Assembly (NCBI GenBank): GCA_026985095.1
Contig: JALSQW010000019.1
Span: 6,785-70,784, forward strand
Source of the DNA: Acidimicrobiia bacterium
GTDB lineage: Bacteria > Actinomycetota > Acidimicrobiia > Spongiisociales > UBA5794
Length of the DNA: 64,000 nt
Reading direction: 5' to 3'
Part shown: positions 39,253 through 48,918 of the stretch, piece by piece
Position numbering within the stretch: position 1 is the first letter of the stretch
How the letters are laid out: each line of letters opens with the position of its first letter
Notes under the pieces: generated by a model
Databases searched by the model: none
What the model was told of the DNA's origin: nothing
The model's input: only the letters and a program-made list of their open reading frames with translations
Position numbers and translations under genes: made by a program

Positions 39253-39855
39253 ATGAGCAACGCACCGAAGAAGACCCGATCGAAGCGGCCGGCCGCCCAG
39301 CAGCGGCAGACCCCAACCACCCCTTCGCCGTGGCCCAAACGCATCCTCGTCGGCCTCGGCACGATCGTCGGCCTCGCGCTCGTCGTCATGATCGCGTTCC
39401 AGCCCCAACCCCTCCGCGGGGTACCCGACGGGACCGAGGAGGTCGCCGTGGCGTCCGGGCAACACGTCGACGCCGACATCTACGGCGCCGACGAGGTCCC
39501 CGCCGGCGGGCCGCACTCGTCCATCTGGCAGAACTGTGGGTTCTACGACCAGCCGATCGAAGCCGAGAACGCGACCCACTCTCTCGAACATGGCGCCGTC
39601 TGGGTGACCTACCGTCCCGGCGACGTGGACGGCTCGACCCTGAAGCGGTTCGTCGGTCGAGTCGACAAGGTGATCGTCAGTCCGGTGGCCGGTCAAGAAG
39701 CGCCGATCATGGCCACCGCCTGGGGTCATCGCCTCACGTTCGACGACCCCGACGACCCGAAGCTCGAGCAGTTCGTCAACGAGTTCAAGGGATCCAGCGA
39801 AGCTCCCGAGCCCGCAGGCGCCTGCAACGGTGGCGTGGGCCAGCCCAGCTTCTAG
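39253..39855 (+). CDS. DUF3105 domain-containing membrane-anchored protein
   Basis: N-terminal TM helix, then [35 protein letters not shown], which matches the DUF3105 family. This is a recollection-based call. Confidence 0.7.
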   Translation: MSNAPKKTRSKRPAAQQRQTPTTPSPWPKRILVGLGTIVGLALVVMIAFQPQPLRGVPDGTEEVAVASGQHVDADIYGADEVPAGGPHSSIWQNCGFYDQPIEAENATHSLEHGAVWVTYRPGDVDGSTLKRFVGRVDKVIVSPVAGQEAPIMATAWGHRLTFDDPDDPKLEQFVNEFKGSSEAPEPAGACNGGVGQPSF

Positions 39856-39941
39856 ACCGGCGTCCGACATCGCGACCGAACCACACGCCCCCTGGCGTGC
39901 ACGCGGACACCCGGCGGCGTCCATGGCGCATCCCTCGACGC

Positions 39942-39993
39942 CAGACACCGGTACCGTGGGACGATGACAGACACCGGTACCGTGGGACGATGA
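39942..39993 (+). repeat. Perfect 26-bp tandem duplication (CAGACACCGGTACCGTGGGACGATGA x2) overlapping the start codon of the downstream gene
   Basis: Read directly. Copy 2 contains the annotated ATG (39990). Copy 1 supplies an upstream ATG (39964) that opens a 9-codon uORF ending in TGA at 39991-39993, overlapping the main ATG (ATGA). Confidence 0.8.
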
Positions 39994-42062
39994 ACCGACT
40001 GGCCGATGCAGCATCTCCCTACCTGGCCCAGCATGCCGACAACCCGGTCGACTGGTACCCGTGGAGCGACGAGGCGTTCGCCGCGGCCCGGGACCGCGAT
40101 GTCCCCATCTTGCTGTCGGTCGGCTACTCAGCATGCCACTGGTGCCACGTCATGGCCCACGAGTCCTTCGAGGACCCCGAAACGGCCGACTACCTGAACG
40201 CCCACTACGTCAGCATCAAGGTCGACCGAGAGGAACGTCCCGACGTCGATCGCATCTACATGGACGCCGTCCAAGCCCTCACCGGCCGAGGTGGCTGGCC
40301 GATGACGGTCTTCCTCACTCCCGACGGCCGTCCGTTCTACGGTGGCACCTACTTCCCCAAGAGCCCGCGGCCGGGCATGGTGTCGTTCCGCCAGCTCCTC
40401 GAACGCATCCATGAGCTGTGGGAACGCGAGCGCCACGCCCTCGTCGACCAGGCCGACCGTCTGACCGCGGCGATCCGCGAGGCCGTGCCGCCGGCAGGCG
40501 ACACCCCGCACCGAGAAGCCCTCGACCAGGCCATCGACCGGATCTCGGCGACCTACGACGGCGAGCTCGGTGGGTTCGGGAACGCACCGAAGTTCCCGCA
40601 GCCCTCCACCCTCGAGTACCTGCTCCGCTACGCCGCCATCGGAGGCGATCCCGATCGGCGGGCCTTGGCCACCCGGATGGCGACCGTCACCCTCGACCAC
40701 ATGCAGCGAGGCGGCATCCACGATCAGCTCGGTGGGGGGTTCGCTCGCTATTCGGTCGACCGGCACTGGTTGGTGCCGCACTTCGAGAAGATGCTCTACG
40801 ACAACGCCCTCCTGGCGCGGGTCTACCTCCGGGCATGGCAGATCACCGCCGACACGACCTTCCTGGCCACGGCACGCTCGACATATGGGTATCTCCTGTC
40901 CGATATGTCCGATCCCCTCGGTGGATTCCACTCCGCCGAAGACGCCGACTCCGAGGGGACCGAGGGGCGCTACTACGTGTGGACCTGGGAGGAGCTCGGC
41001 GCCGCTGTCGGGGACCGTCGCGACATCGCCGCCCGTATCTACGGCGCCACCCCGGAAGGGAACTTCGACGGAGCCAACATCCTCCATCTCCCCCGGCCAC
41101 TGCCCGAGACCGCCCGGCTCCTCGGTGTCGACGCGGATCAACTCGCGATGGTGAAAGCGTCCATCGACGACGATCTGCGAGCCGCCCGATCCGCGCGGAC
41201 TCGTCCCGACCGGGACGACAAGCTCGTGACCGCCTGGAACGCGTTGGCGCTCCGTTCCTTCGCCGAGGCGGCTGCCATCTTGGACGACCCCGCCTACCTC
41301 GCCGCCGCCACCCGCATCGCCGAGTACCTGGTGGATGCCGCAGCCGAGCCCGACGGCCTCCGCCGGAGCCGCCGCGGGCACCAGCTCGGACCGCGCGCGT
41401 TCTGTGACGACCATGCGGCCTCGGCCATCGGCCTGTTCACGCTGTTCGGCGTCGACGGGAACGAACGGTGGTTCCGAGCCGCCGAGCAACACGTCGCCAC
41501 CCTCCTCGGGGACTTCGCCGATCCCGACGGCGGGTTCTTCGCCACCCGCGCCGACGGCGAGACCCTCATCGCTCGACCGAAGAACCTCCAGGACAGCCCG
41601 GTTCCCTCCGACAACGCGCTCGCGGCCGAGGCGCTCCTCATGCATCATGCACTCACCGGCGACGACGACGCCGTCGTGGCACTCGAAGCCACGGTCCGGG
41701 CCGCCGCCACCACCGCGATCGCGCATCCGACCTTCTCGGGTCACCTCCTCGCAACGTGGCTCACCTACACCGCCGGCATCGACGAGGTCGCCATCGTCGG
41801 AGACGCCGAACGTCGGCGACCCCTCGAGCGGGTCGTGTGGGAACGGTTCCGGCCCACCGCGATCGTCGCCGTCGGCGACGGCACCCCCACCGACGTCCCG
41901 CTCCTGGAGGACCGTCCGGGCGGGGCCACCGCTACCGCCCACGTCTGCCACGACCTGATCTGCGAGCTTCCCGTGTCCGATCCCGACGCGCTCCGCGTGC
42001 TGCTCGAGACCCGACCGACGACCTCGCCAGGTCACCGCCGAGATCCCGAAATCCTTGGCTAG
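39990..42062 (+). CDS. Thioredoxin-domain protein of the DUF255/YyaL family (N-acylglucosamine-2-epimerase-like six-hairpin C-terminal domain)
   Basis: [69 protein letters not shown] is the canonical DUF255 thioredoxin-like N-terminus. Only the 3' 690 aa of the 910-aa track ORF is used. Confidence 0.85.
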   Translation: MNRLADAASPYLAQHADNPVDWYPWSDEAFAAARDRDVPILLSVGYSACHWCHVMAHESFEDPETADYLNAHYVSIKVDREERPDVDRIYMDAVQALTGRGGWPMTVFLTPDGRPFYGGTYFPKSPRPGMVSFRQLLERIHELWERERHALVDQADRLTAAIREAVPPAGDTPHREALDQAIDRISATYDGELGGFGNAPKFPQPSTLEYLLRYAAIGGDPDRRALATRMATVTLDHMQRGGIHDQLGGGFARYSVDRHWLVPHFEKMLYDNALLARVYLRAWQITADTTFLATARSTYGYLLSDMSDPLGGFHSAEDADSEGTEGRYYVWTWEELGAAVGDRRDIAARIYGATPEGNFDGANILHLPRPLPETARLLGVDADQLAMVKASIDDDLRAARSARTRPDRDDKLVTAWNALALRSFAEAAAILDDPAYLAAATRIAEYLVDAAAEPDGLRRSRRGHQLGPRAFCDDHAASAIGLFTLFGVDGNERWFRAAEQHVATLLGDFADPDGGFFATRADGETLIARPKNLQDSPVPSDNALAAEALLMHHALTGDDDAVVALEATVRAAATTAIAHPTFSGHLLATWLTYTAGIDEVAIVGDAERRRPLERVVWERFRPTAIVAVGDGTPTDVPLLEDRPGGATATAHVCHDLICELPVSDPDALRVLLETRPTTSPGHRRDPEILG

Positions 42063-42089
42063 CCAGGATCGGTCCGTAAGCTCGACGCC

Positions 42090-43139
42090 ATGACGACATC
42101 GGTCGATCTCCCACTCTGCGTCTTCTGCGGCACCGCACGACCTGCCGACATCTCCCGCTGCCCCACCTGCGGCCGGACCTGGATCGACATCCGGGTCGGA
42201 GAAGCCGTCACCGTCGGCGTCGGTGTCGCCAACGGCACCGAACCCGCCCCCACCGTGAGACCGGTCGCCACTGCACCGACCGCCGAGGAACCCGACCACG
42301 TCACCGAGGAGATCCCGATCGTGGCTGCGCCGGTGGACGCCCCGGGCGACATCGACCCGTGGGAGCCACCCAAACGACAGCGTGACCTCTCGAAATGGGC
42401 GATCCCCGCCATCCTCGCGACCGCGGTTCTCGTCGTCTATGGGCTCATCGCCTCCGGCCTCCTCGACGGCGACGAACCGGCCGGGACCACGACCGCGTCG
42501 GTCGTGCCCGTCACCACGCTGCCCCCGGCACCCGAGACGACCGTACCGACCACGACCGAAGTACCCACCACCACCGAGGCCACGACCACGACGACCACCA
42601 CGATCCCCGCCCCCGGGCCGGACGCGTTCGCCGCCTCCGGCTCACCCATCGCGCCCTCGCAGCTCGATCTCAAGGCCGGAGGCATCGGACCTCTCGCCAT
42701 CGGCGCCCCGCTCGGAGAGGTCGCGGGCCGCCTCACCGCCAGTCTCGGCACCCCCGACGAGACCGGATACGCCACCGCCGAAACCGGCCTGTGTCCGGGC
42801 ACCGACGGCCTCTGGGTCCGGTGGGGCTCATTGACGGCGCTCTTCGCAGGCGATCTCGACACGGGAACGTTCGCCGGTTACCGCTACGAGCATCCCTCGA
42901 CCGGTCCGACGGACCAGGCGACGCTGGAAACGCTGTCCGGACTGACCCTCGGCGACACGGTGGCCGACCTCAATCGCATCTACTCGGCCTACCGGATCGT
43001 CTACGGTCCCGTCGACGGTCGCCTCGCGTTCGAGCTGTACGACGGCGACGAGCTGCTCCTGTGGGGTCCCGTCAGCTCCGCAGAGGACACGGGCACCGTC
43101 CTGGGCATCTACTCGCCGATGGTGTGCGCCGAGAACTGA
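42090..43139 (+). CDS. Hypothetical bitopic membrane protein: cytoplasmic C4 zinc-ribbon, one TM helix, Thr/Pro-rich linker, conserved extracytoplasmic two-Cys domain (paralog A)
   Basis: CVFCGT-x9-CPTCG N-terminal zinc ribbon. TM helix AIPAILATAVLVVYGLIASGLL. Linker TTTASVVPVTTLPPAPETTVPTTTEVPTTTEATTTTTTTIPAPGP. The C-terminal domain shares GRLTAS.G.P, G.C.G, ETLSGL..GDT, LLLWGPV and VLGI..P.VC with the protein at 45190. Confidence 0.6.
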   Translation: MTTSVDLPLCVFCGTARPADISRCPTCGRTWIDIRVGEAVTVGVGVANGTEPAPTVRPVATAPTAEEPDHVTEEIPIVAAPVDAPGDIDPWEPPKRQRDLSKWAIPAILATAVLVVYGLIASGLLDGDEPAGTTTASVVPVTTLPPAPETTVPTTTEVPTTTEATTTTTTTIPAPGPDAFAASGSPIAPSQLDLKAGGIGPLAIGAPLGEVAGRLTASLGTPDETGYATAETGLCPGTDGLWVRWGSLTALFAGDLDTGTFAGYRYEHPSTGPTDQATLETLSGLTLGDTVADLNRIYSAYRIVYGPVDGRLAFELYDGDELLLWGPVSSAEDTGTVLGIYSPMVCAEN

Positions 43140-43218
43140 GCGGCCATGATCCGGTTCGTCGACTCGGGACGTAACATCTGAGCGGCGATCGGGACGACCG
43201 AGGTACGAGGGGGATCCG

Positions 43219-45153
43219 ATGCCAGCGCACCGCAACCGATCTCGACTGCGCCGCATCTTCGCACCCGGCAACGTCCTCTCCGTCGCTGCCGGCACGATCG
43301 TCTTCGTCCTCGGGGTCGTCGGCTGGCCGACCAACCGTGGCGCGTTGATCTCCGCGATCGTCGCGGCGACGGTCTCCGGAGCGGTCTGGCTCGTCTGGTG
43401 GAGGACGTCGAGCCCCCCTCGGCTCGATCGACTCGTCTCGGCCGATGAGCTGGGATCCATCCCGACCGACGACTCCAGTCCCGCCCCGACCATCGCCGAC
43501 CCGACCTCCGGAAGCGCCGACTCGTACCGGCGGACCCTGTCGGCCCTCGAGAGCAGAACCCACGGCCAGGTCCTCCTCGTCACCTCGCCATCACCCGGGC
43601 AAGGAGCGACCACCGTCGCCATCAACCTCGCGGCCGCGGCGACCCAAGCCGGCCGTCGGGTGCTCCTCGTCGACGGAGACCCCGCCCGCGGAGGGGTGTC
43701 TCGGTTCCTCGGCACCGGCCCCGAACCGGGCCTGACCGACCTCGCGGAAGGAGCCGACCTGGGTGATGTCGCCCGGCTGTGGGAGGTCGGACCCGACGCG
43801 CTCCTGCCGGTGATCCCGTCGGGTTCCGCCTCCGACGATCCCGCCGAGGTGCTCTCGAACCCGCGGCTGGGCGAGATGATCGAACGGGTCGGAGAGCGAG
43901 CCGACCTGGTGCTCGTGGACTCGCCGCCGGTCCTGTGGAACGGAGCATCGGGACCCCTCGCGACCCATGCCGACGGGGCGCTCCTCGTCGTCTCCGAGCA
44001 CGCGCCGCGCGACGGGGTCTCCGAGACGGCCGAGCGTCTCGAGGCCGCCGGAGCGCCCGTCCTCGGGTACGTGGTGAACCGTGCGGACATGCGGAGTCGG
44101 TTCTGGCGGCACCCGCTGGTTCGGGCCGCCAAGCGGACCCTCGGCGCCTTCGTCGTCATCGTCACCTTGTACGCAACCTTCACCGGCGCCCAGCTCCTGC
44201 GGTCCTGGCAGGACGTCGACCGTGGCATCCTCAACGTCGACGCGGCACAGTCCCTGCTCCCCCTCCCCGAGATCGGCCCCGATCTCATCGAAGGTGACGG
44301 CGGCACCAACGAGGAGCTCGCCGGTTTCGTCGTCGGCACACCGGCGACCGGCGAGACCCAGGCCTTCCTGGTGATCGGCGGCGACCAGGTCGCCGGCGCT
44401 GCCGACGTGATCATGCTGATGGTCCTCCCCGGCGACGGGTCCAAGCCCTTCATGGTGTCGCTCCCCCGCGACCTGTACCTGCCGAATCGTTGTACCGGGG
44501 GCTACACGAGGATCAACGCCACCATCCACGGCTGCGACGACATCAGCGGACCGACGCTCCTCGCCTTGACCGTCGAGGATTTCACCGGGATCGAGGTCGA
44601 CCACTTCGCGATGTTCGACTTCGAGGGGTTCAAGCGGATCATCGACGGCGTAGGCGGAGTCGAGATCTGCGTCGAGTACCCGGTCCGGGACAGCAAGTCC
44701 GGCCTCGACCTTCCCGCCGGATGCACCAACGCCACCGGCGAGCAGGCCCTCGCCTGGGTTCGTTCGCGCCATACCCAGCAGAAGGTCGACGGCCGGTGGC
44801 GCTCGGTGCCCGGAGCCGGAGATCTTCTCCGCAACCAGCATCAGCAAGAGGTCATCTTGCAGTTGTTCTCGAAGCTCAAGACCTTCGACTCACCGTCGGA
44901 TCTGACCCGCAAGGTCGCCGAGCTCAGCGACAACTTCACGCTCGACGACCAGCTGGGCCTTACCGACGCCATCGCCCTCGCGTGGCAGCTCCGTGACCTC
45001 GACCTGAAGGACATCAACCGCCTGACGATCCCTGTCAGGCTCACCAGCAACAAGAAGGGCCAATCGATCCTCGTTCCGACGGCACCGTTCGCCGACGTCC
45101 TCGCCGAGGCCTACCCCGACCTCGCCGGATCTCCCTCGGCAGCCGCCAACTGA
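43219..45153 (+). CDS. Fusion protein: Wzz/CpsC-like TM hairpin + degenerate BY-kinase (CpsD/Wzc-like ParA/MinD-fold) domain + TM helix + extracytoplasmic LytR-CpsA-Psr (LCP) phosphotransferase domain
   Basis: Two N-terminal TM helices. The BY-kinase catalytic-domain pattern has K to A in Walker A (LLVTSPSPGQGATTVAINLAAAATQAG, nt 43597-43611 read as GGA GCG ACC), Walker A' RVLLVDGDPARG, Walker B DLVLVDSPPV, then LLVVSEHAPRD...VLGYVVNRAD. No C-terminal Tyr cluster. A third TM (LGAFVVIVTLYATFTG) precedes the LCP domain (FLVIGGD...VIMLMVLPGDGSKPFMVSLPRDLYLP...DHFAMFDFEGFKRIIDGVGGVEICVEYPV...GEQALAWVRSRH). Confidence 0.85.
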   Translation: MPAHRNRSRLRRIFAPGNVLSVAAGTIVFVLGVVGWPTNRGALISAIVAATVSGAVWLVWWRTSSPPRLDRLVSADELGSIPTDDSSPAPTIADPTSGSADSYRRTLSALESRTHGQVLLVTSPSPGQGATTVAINLAAAATQAGRRVLLVDGDPARGGVSRFLGTGPEPGLTDLAEGADLGDVARLWEVGPDALLPVIPSGSASDDPAEVLSNPRLGEMIERVGERADLVLVDSPPVLWNGASGPLATHADGALLVVSEHAPRDGVSETAERLEAAGAPVLGYVVNRADMRSRFWRHPLVRAAKRTLGAFVVIVTLYATFTGAQLLRSWQDVDRGILNVDAAQSLLPLPEIGPDLIEGDGGTNEELAGFVVGTPATGETQAFLVIGGDQVAGAADVIMLMVLPGDGSKPFMVSLPRDLYLPNRCTGGYTRINATIHGCDDISGPTLLALTVEDFTGIEVDHFAMFDFEGFKRIIDGVGGVEICVEYPVRDSKSGLDLPAGCTNATGEQALAWVRSRHTQQKVDGRWRSVPGAGDLLRNQHQQEVILQLFSKLKTFDSPSDLTRKVAELSDNFTLDDQLGLTDAIALAWQLRDLDLKDINRLTIPVRLTSNKKGQSILVPTAPFADVLAEAYPDLAGSPSAAAN

Positions 45154-45189
45154 CCGTACAATGGCCGCCGGACCTGGAGGACCCCGACC

Positions 45190-46104
45190 GTGAGCGATCC
45201 CCGCGAACCCTACGAACCGAATCCGCCCGGCTGGACCGATCCGTACGCCGACCTGGCGGATCTGACCGGCGACGAGCCCATGCCGCGACTCGAGGATCCC
45301 TCGGTACCCCCGGCCCAGCCGCCCGCGTCACCGCTGCTCACGGGACTCATCATCGGGCTCCTGCTGATCGCGCTGTCGGTGGCCGTCTTCCAGCTCCTCG
45401 GAAAGGACGCCACCGACGAAGCGACCGCCCCCGGCACCGCCACGACGGCGCCGGGCGTCACCGCACCGGGCGACGCCACGTCGACCACCGGCGGCACCGG
45501 CAGTTCCACCTCGACACCGGGCACCACCGTCACCACCCTTCCATCGACGCCGTACCCCCCGATCGAACCTGCCATCCCGGTGGATCGTCTGAAGCTGATG
45601 AGCAACGGGATCCGGGTCAACAAGAACGATGTCAAGGATTTCGTCTTCGGAACCCCCGCAGGGGACGTGATCGGTCGACTCACCGCCAGCTTCGGCAGCC
45701 CCAGCGAGGACACCGGATGGCAGGTGTCGACCGGCCGATGGGGGGTCTGCGAAGGCGACCAGGAACGGATCATCCGCTTCGGACCGTTCCATGCGATCAT
45801 CACCCAGCCCGGCGGCAAGGACACCTTCAACGGCTACCGGCAGGACATCACCGTCGGGGATCTCGACTCGCCCGCCAAGGACTTCGAGACCCTCAGCGGC
45901 CTCAAGGCCGGCGACACGATCAAGCAGCTCGAGGAGATCTACGCCAACCAGGACGTGACGTACTCGACCGATCCTCTCCTCGGCGACATCTTCGAGCTTC
46001 GGTCCAAGCAATCGAGCGAGCTGCTGCTGTGGGGTCCGGTCCGGGGGATCTCGGAGGACGATCAGGTCCTCGGCATCTTCGCTCCCGACGTCTGCGACCG
46101 CTGA
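45190..46104 (+). CDS. Hypothetical bitopic membrane protein with Pro-rich cytoplasmic N-terminus, one TM helix, Thr/Gly/Pro-rich linker and the same conserved extracytoplasmic two-Cys domain (paralog B)
   Basis: TM helix LLTGLIIGLLLIALSVAVFQLL. Linker ATAPGTATTAPGVTAPGDATSTTGGTGSSTSTPGTTVTTLPSTPYPP. The C-terminal domain aligns with paralog A (GRLTASFGSPSEDTG...GVCEG...FNGYR...ETLSGLKAGDT...LLLWGPV...VLGIFAPDVC). Confidence 0.6.
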   Translation: MSDPREPYEPNPPGWTDPYADLADLTGDEPMPRLEDPSVPPAQPPASPLLTGLIIGLLLIALSVAVFQLLGKDATDEATAPGTATTAPGVTAPGDATSTTGGTGSSTSTPGTTVTTLPSTPYPPIEPAIPVDRLKLMSNGIRVNKNDVKDFVFGTPAGDVIGRLTASFGSPSEDTGWQVSTGRWGVCEGDQERIIRFGPFHAIITQPGGKDTFNGYRQDITVGDLDSPAKDFETLSGLKAGDTIKQLEEIYANQDVTYSTDPLLGDIFELRSKQSSELLLWGPVRGISEDDQVLGIFAPDVCDR

Positions 46105-46145
46105 GGATCCGACGCGACCTGCGGGCCGACTAACATCGCCGCACC

Positions 46146-46874
46146 ATGGAGCGACACCCAGCTGCAGCCTTCATCAACGGCGCCGTGGCAGGCACCGTCA
46201 TCGCCCTCGGCCTGGCCGTCTGGTTCACGGCGTTCGTCGCGACCGAGACGGTCACCGCCGTCGAGCTCGCCCCTGGGGTGGCCCAACCGGTGTTCGTCGC
46301 CACCGCCACGTCGATGTGGCTCCTCGTGGTGGTCGTGTCGTTCCTCGGCGGTCTGGCGCTGACCGGGTTGGCGTACGGGATCGGCAGGATCCTCGAGCCC
46401 GAGGCACGGCGCTTCCCGCTCCGGTACCTGATCCCGATCGGCGTGATCTTGTCGATCGTCCTCGGGTTCGCAGCGACCGCGTTCTCCGTGACCGTTGCCG
46501 GCGACATCTCCATCGACGGGATCGTGACCATCCCGGTGGGGACGATGTTCATCATCGCCGGGATCGCCGGCCTAGTCGTCGGTACCATCACGGTACCCGT
46601 CGTCGACGCCCTGGCTCGACCCGCGGTGGTCGGCGGGAACGAGGCGTTGCCGGCATCCGCACGGGACGTGTGGACCGACATGGCCCGGGCCGTCGGGGTA
46701 CCCCTCATCGCCGTCATCATCATCGTGCTGCTGGCCGTCTCACTCGCCCAGGTGCTGTTGAACTCGCCATCGCCGACCGTGTCGGTCGCGGTGTTCGCCC
46801 TCGTGGCAACAGCCATCCTCGGAGGGACCACGGCCCTCGCGCTGCGCCCGTGGGATCGGAACGGAACGACCTGA
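46146..46874 (+). CDS. Hypothetical polytopic membrane protein (about 6 TM helices), last gene of the four-gene plus-strand module
   Basis: 242 aa, strongly hydrophobic, with no recognised family. 42 bp downstream of paralog B on the same strand. Confidence 0.5.
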   Translation: MERHPAAAFINGAVAGTVIALGLAVWFTAFVATETVTAVELAPGVAQPVFVATATSMWLLVVVVSFLGGLALTGLAYGIGRILEPEARRFPLRYLIPIGVILSIVLGFAATAFSVTVAGDISIDGIVTIPVGTMFIIAGIAGLVVGTITVPVVDALARPAVVGGNEALPASARDVWTDMARAVGVPLIAVIIIVLLAVSLAQVLLNSPSPTVSVAVFALVATAILGGTTALALRPWDRNGTT

Positions 46875-46882
46875 CCGCGCCG

Positions 46883-47206
46883 CTAGGAAGCGTCCTCGAT
46901 CGCGGTGGCCACGAATCGCCCGTCGGGCGCCTTCTCGTAGAAGACCCTGACCGGGTCGCCCGACACGACGTGGGACGTCAGATGACTCAGCGGCCCCCCA
47001 TCGAACGTGACCTCCTCGGCCGGGAAGAACCGCACCTGTGTGCCCTCCTCGGTGAGGAGGGTGAACGATCGGACGGTCGTCAGGTCCCCGTCCACCTCCA
47101 GCACGACCCCGACCGTCGATGGCCCCTTGCCGCCGCCGCATCCGGCGATCGTCGACGCCGCGATCAGCACCACCGCCACGAGGGAGGCGAGACGGATCAC
47201 CCTCAT
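46883..47206 (-). CDS. Small lipoprotein (hypothetical)
   Basis: Lipobox LIAASTIAGCGGG. 107 aa. Its start overlaps the ctaG stop (ATGA). Only the 3' part of the 279-aa track ORF is used. Confidence 0.55.
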   Translation of the reverse strand: MRVIRLASLVAVVLIAASTIAGCGGGKGPSTVGVVLEVDGDLTTVRSFTLLTEEGTQVRFFPAEEVTFDGGPLSHLTSHVVSGDPVRVFYEKAPDGRFVATAIEDAS

Positions 47207-48024
47207 CGTCGGGGACGTTGGAGAACCGCCGGCCCGCGCTCGAACCGTTGCTCCTCGTTGTACCACGAGAACCAGACCCACCCGATGAATCCCCACAGCC
47301 ACAGGGTGCCGCCGATCTTCATGATCAACCCGGCGAGGATCTGGTCGGTCATCACATCGATCCCCCACAGTCGCGGGAACGTCTCGTAGATCGGGTACAG
47401 CGGCGACGACCCGAGGGTCATGAACGCGGCGGGGATGTTCGGCACGATGCCCTGCAGGAACAGGTACCCCATCTTGCCCATCGGGGTCAACGTCCGGGTG
47501 TCCGGGATCGGCTCCATCACCGGCCACCACATCATGATGGCCGTCAGGAACAAGGTGGCATGGGCGAAGAAATGGAAGAAGCTGTTGGTGTCCATCGCCA
47601 CGACCACCGACGGCACATGGATGAACGCCAACCACACGTTGAACGCCAGCAACGCCACGATGGGCCGGGTGAGGACCTTCACGAGCGGCAGCACCGGGCG
47701 CACGATCGCACGCAGGAACCACCAGGGGATGCCGACCAGCAGCATCGGAGGAACCACGAAGGCGAACATCAGGTGCTCCACCATGTGGAACATGAACAGA
47801 CGCTGCTCCGCGATGTCGTGGAACGGCCAGATCGACACGATGACCAGCACCACCAACCCGCCGTGGAACAGCAGGCGTTGGCGCGCCGTGACGGGAGGTT
47901 CGTCGACCGGGCAGTAGCGGCCCGCGAGCCTACGGATGCCGTACTCGTAGCCCACCGCGAGCGCCCCGATCAGGCCGAGGACATCCAGGTGAAGGTGGAA
48001 CGGAGGAAGGCCGCCTGCACCCAT
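47203..48024 (-). CDS. ctaG: Caa3-type cytochrome c oxidase assembly factor CtaG-like membrane protein
   Basis: Polytopic His/Trp-rich membrane protein (HDIAEQRLFMFHMVEHLMFAFVVPPMLL, HFFAHATLFLTAIMMWWPV) matching the Caa3_CtaG family. I used the internal ATG at 48024. The upstream extension in the track ORF is an implausible W/C/S-rich sequence. Confidence 0.75.
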   Translation of the reverse strand: MGAGGLPPFHLHLDVLGLIGALAVGYEYGIRRLAGRYCPVDEPPVTARQRLLFHGGLVVLVIVSIWPFHDIAEQRLFMFHMVEHLMFAFVVPPMLLVGIPWWFLRAIVRPVLPLVKVLTRPIVALLAFNVWLAFIHVPSVVVAMDTNSFFHFFAHATLFLTAIMMWWPVMEPIPDTRTLTPMGKMGYLFLQGIVPNIPAAFMTLGSSPLYPIYETFPRLWGIDVMTDQILAGLIMKIGGTLWLWGFIGWVWFSWYNEEQRFERGPAVLQRPRR

Positions 48025-48025
48025 G

Positions 48026-48313
48026 TCAGAAGGCGCGGAAGCTCGCCAGGACCACGGCGAACACGACGGTCGCACCGGCCAGGCCGATGAGGAAATAGAA
48101 CCGATACGCCTTGAGGTCGTAGCGAAGGTGCATGAACACGGCCACCACCACCGCGAACTTGGCGGAACCAAGGAGGATCAGAAGGACGGCTCGGATCGGA
48201 TCGAGCGCATCGATGTACGGGACGGTGACCTCGATGGCGGTGACGATCCCGAGGAAGAGCGCGATCAGCCAGTAGGTCTTGGCCGTCGGATGGGCGTGGG
48301 TCGCGGTAGCCAT
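48026..48313 (-). CDS. Cytochrome c oxidase subunit IV (small prokaryotic/actinobacterial type)
   Basis: 95 aa with two TM helices. It sits directly downstream of ctaE in the oxidase operon, and HAHPTAKTYWLIALFLGIVTAIEV resembles bacterial subunit IV proteins. Confidence 0.7.
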   Translation of the reverse strand: MATATHAHPTAKTYWLIALFLGIVTAIEVTVPYIDALDPIRAVLLILLGSAKFAVVVAVFMHLRYDLKAYRFYFLIGLAGATVVFAVVLASFRAF

Positions 48314-48315
48314 GG

Positions 48316-48917
<602 letters not shown>

Positions 48918-48918
<1 letters not shown>

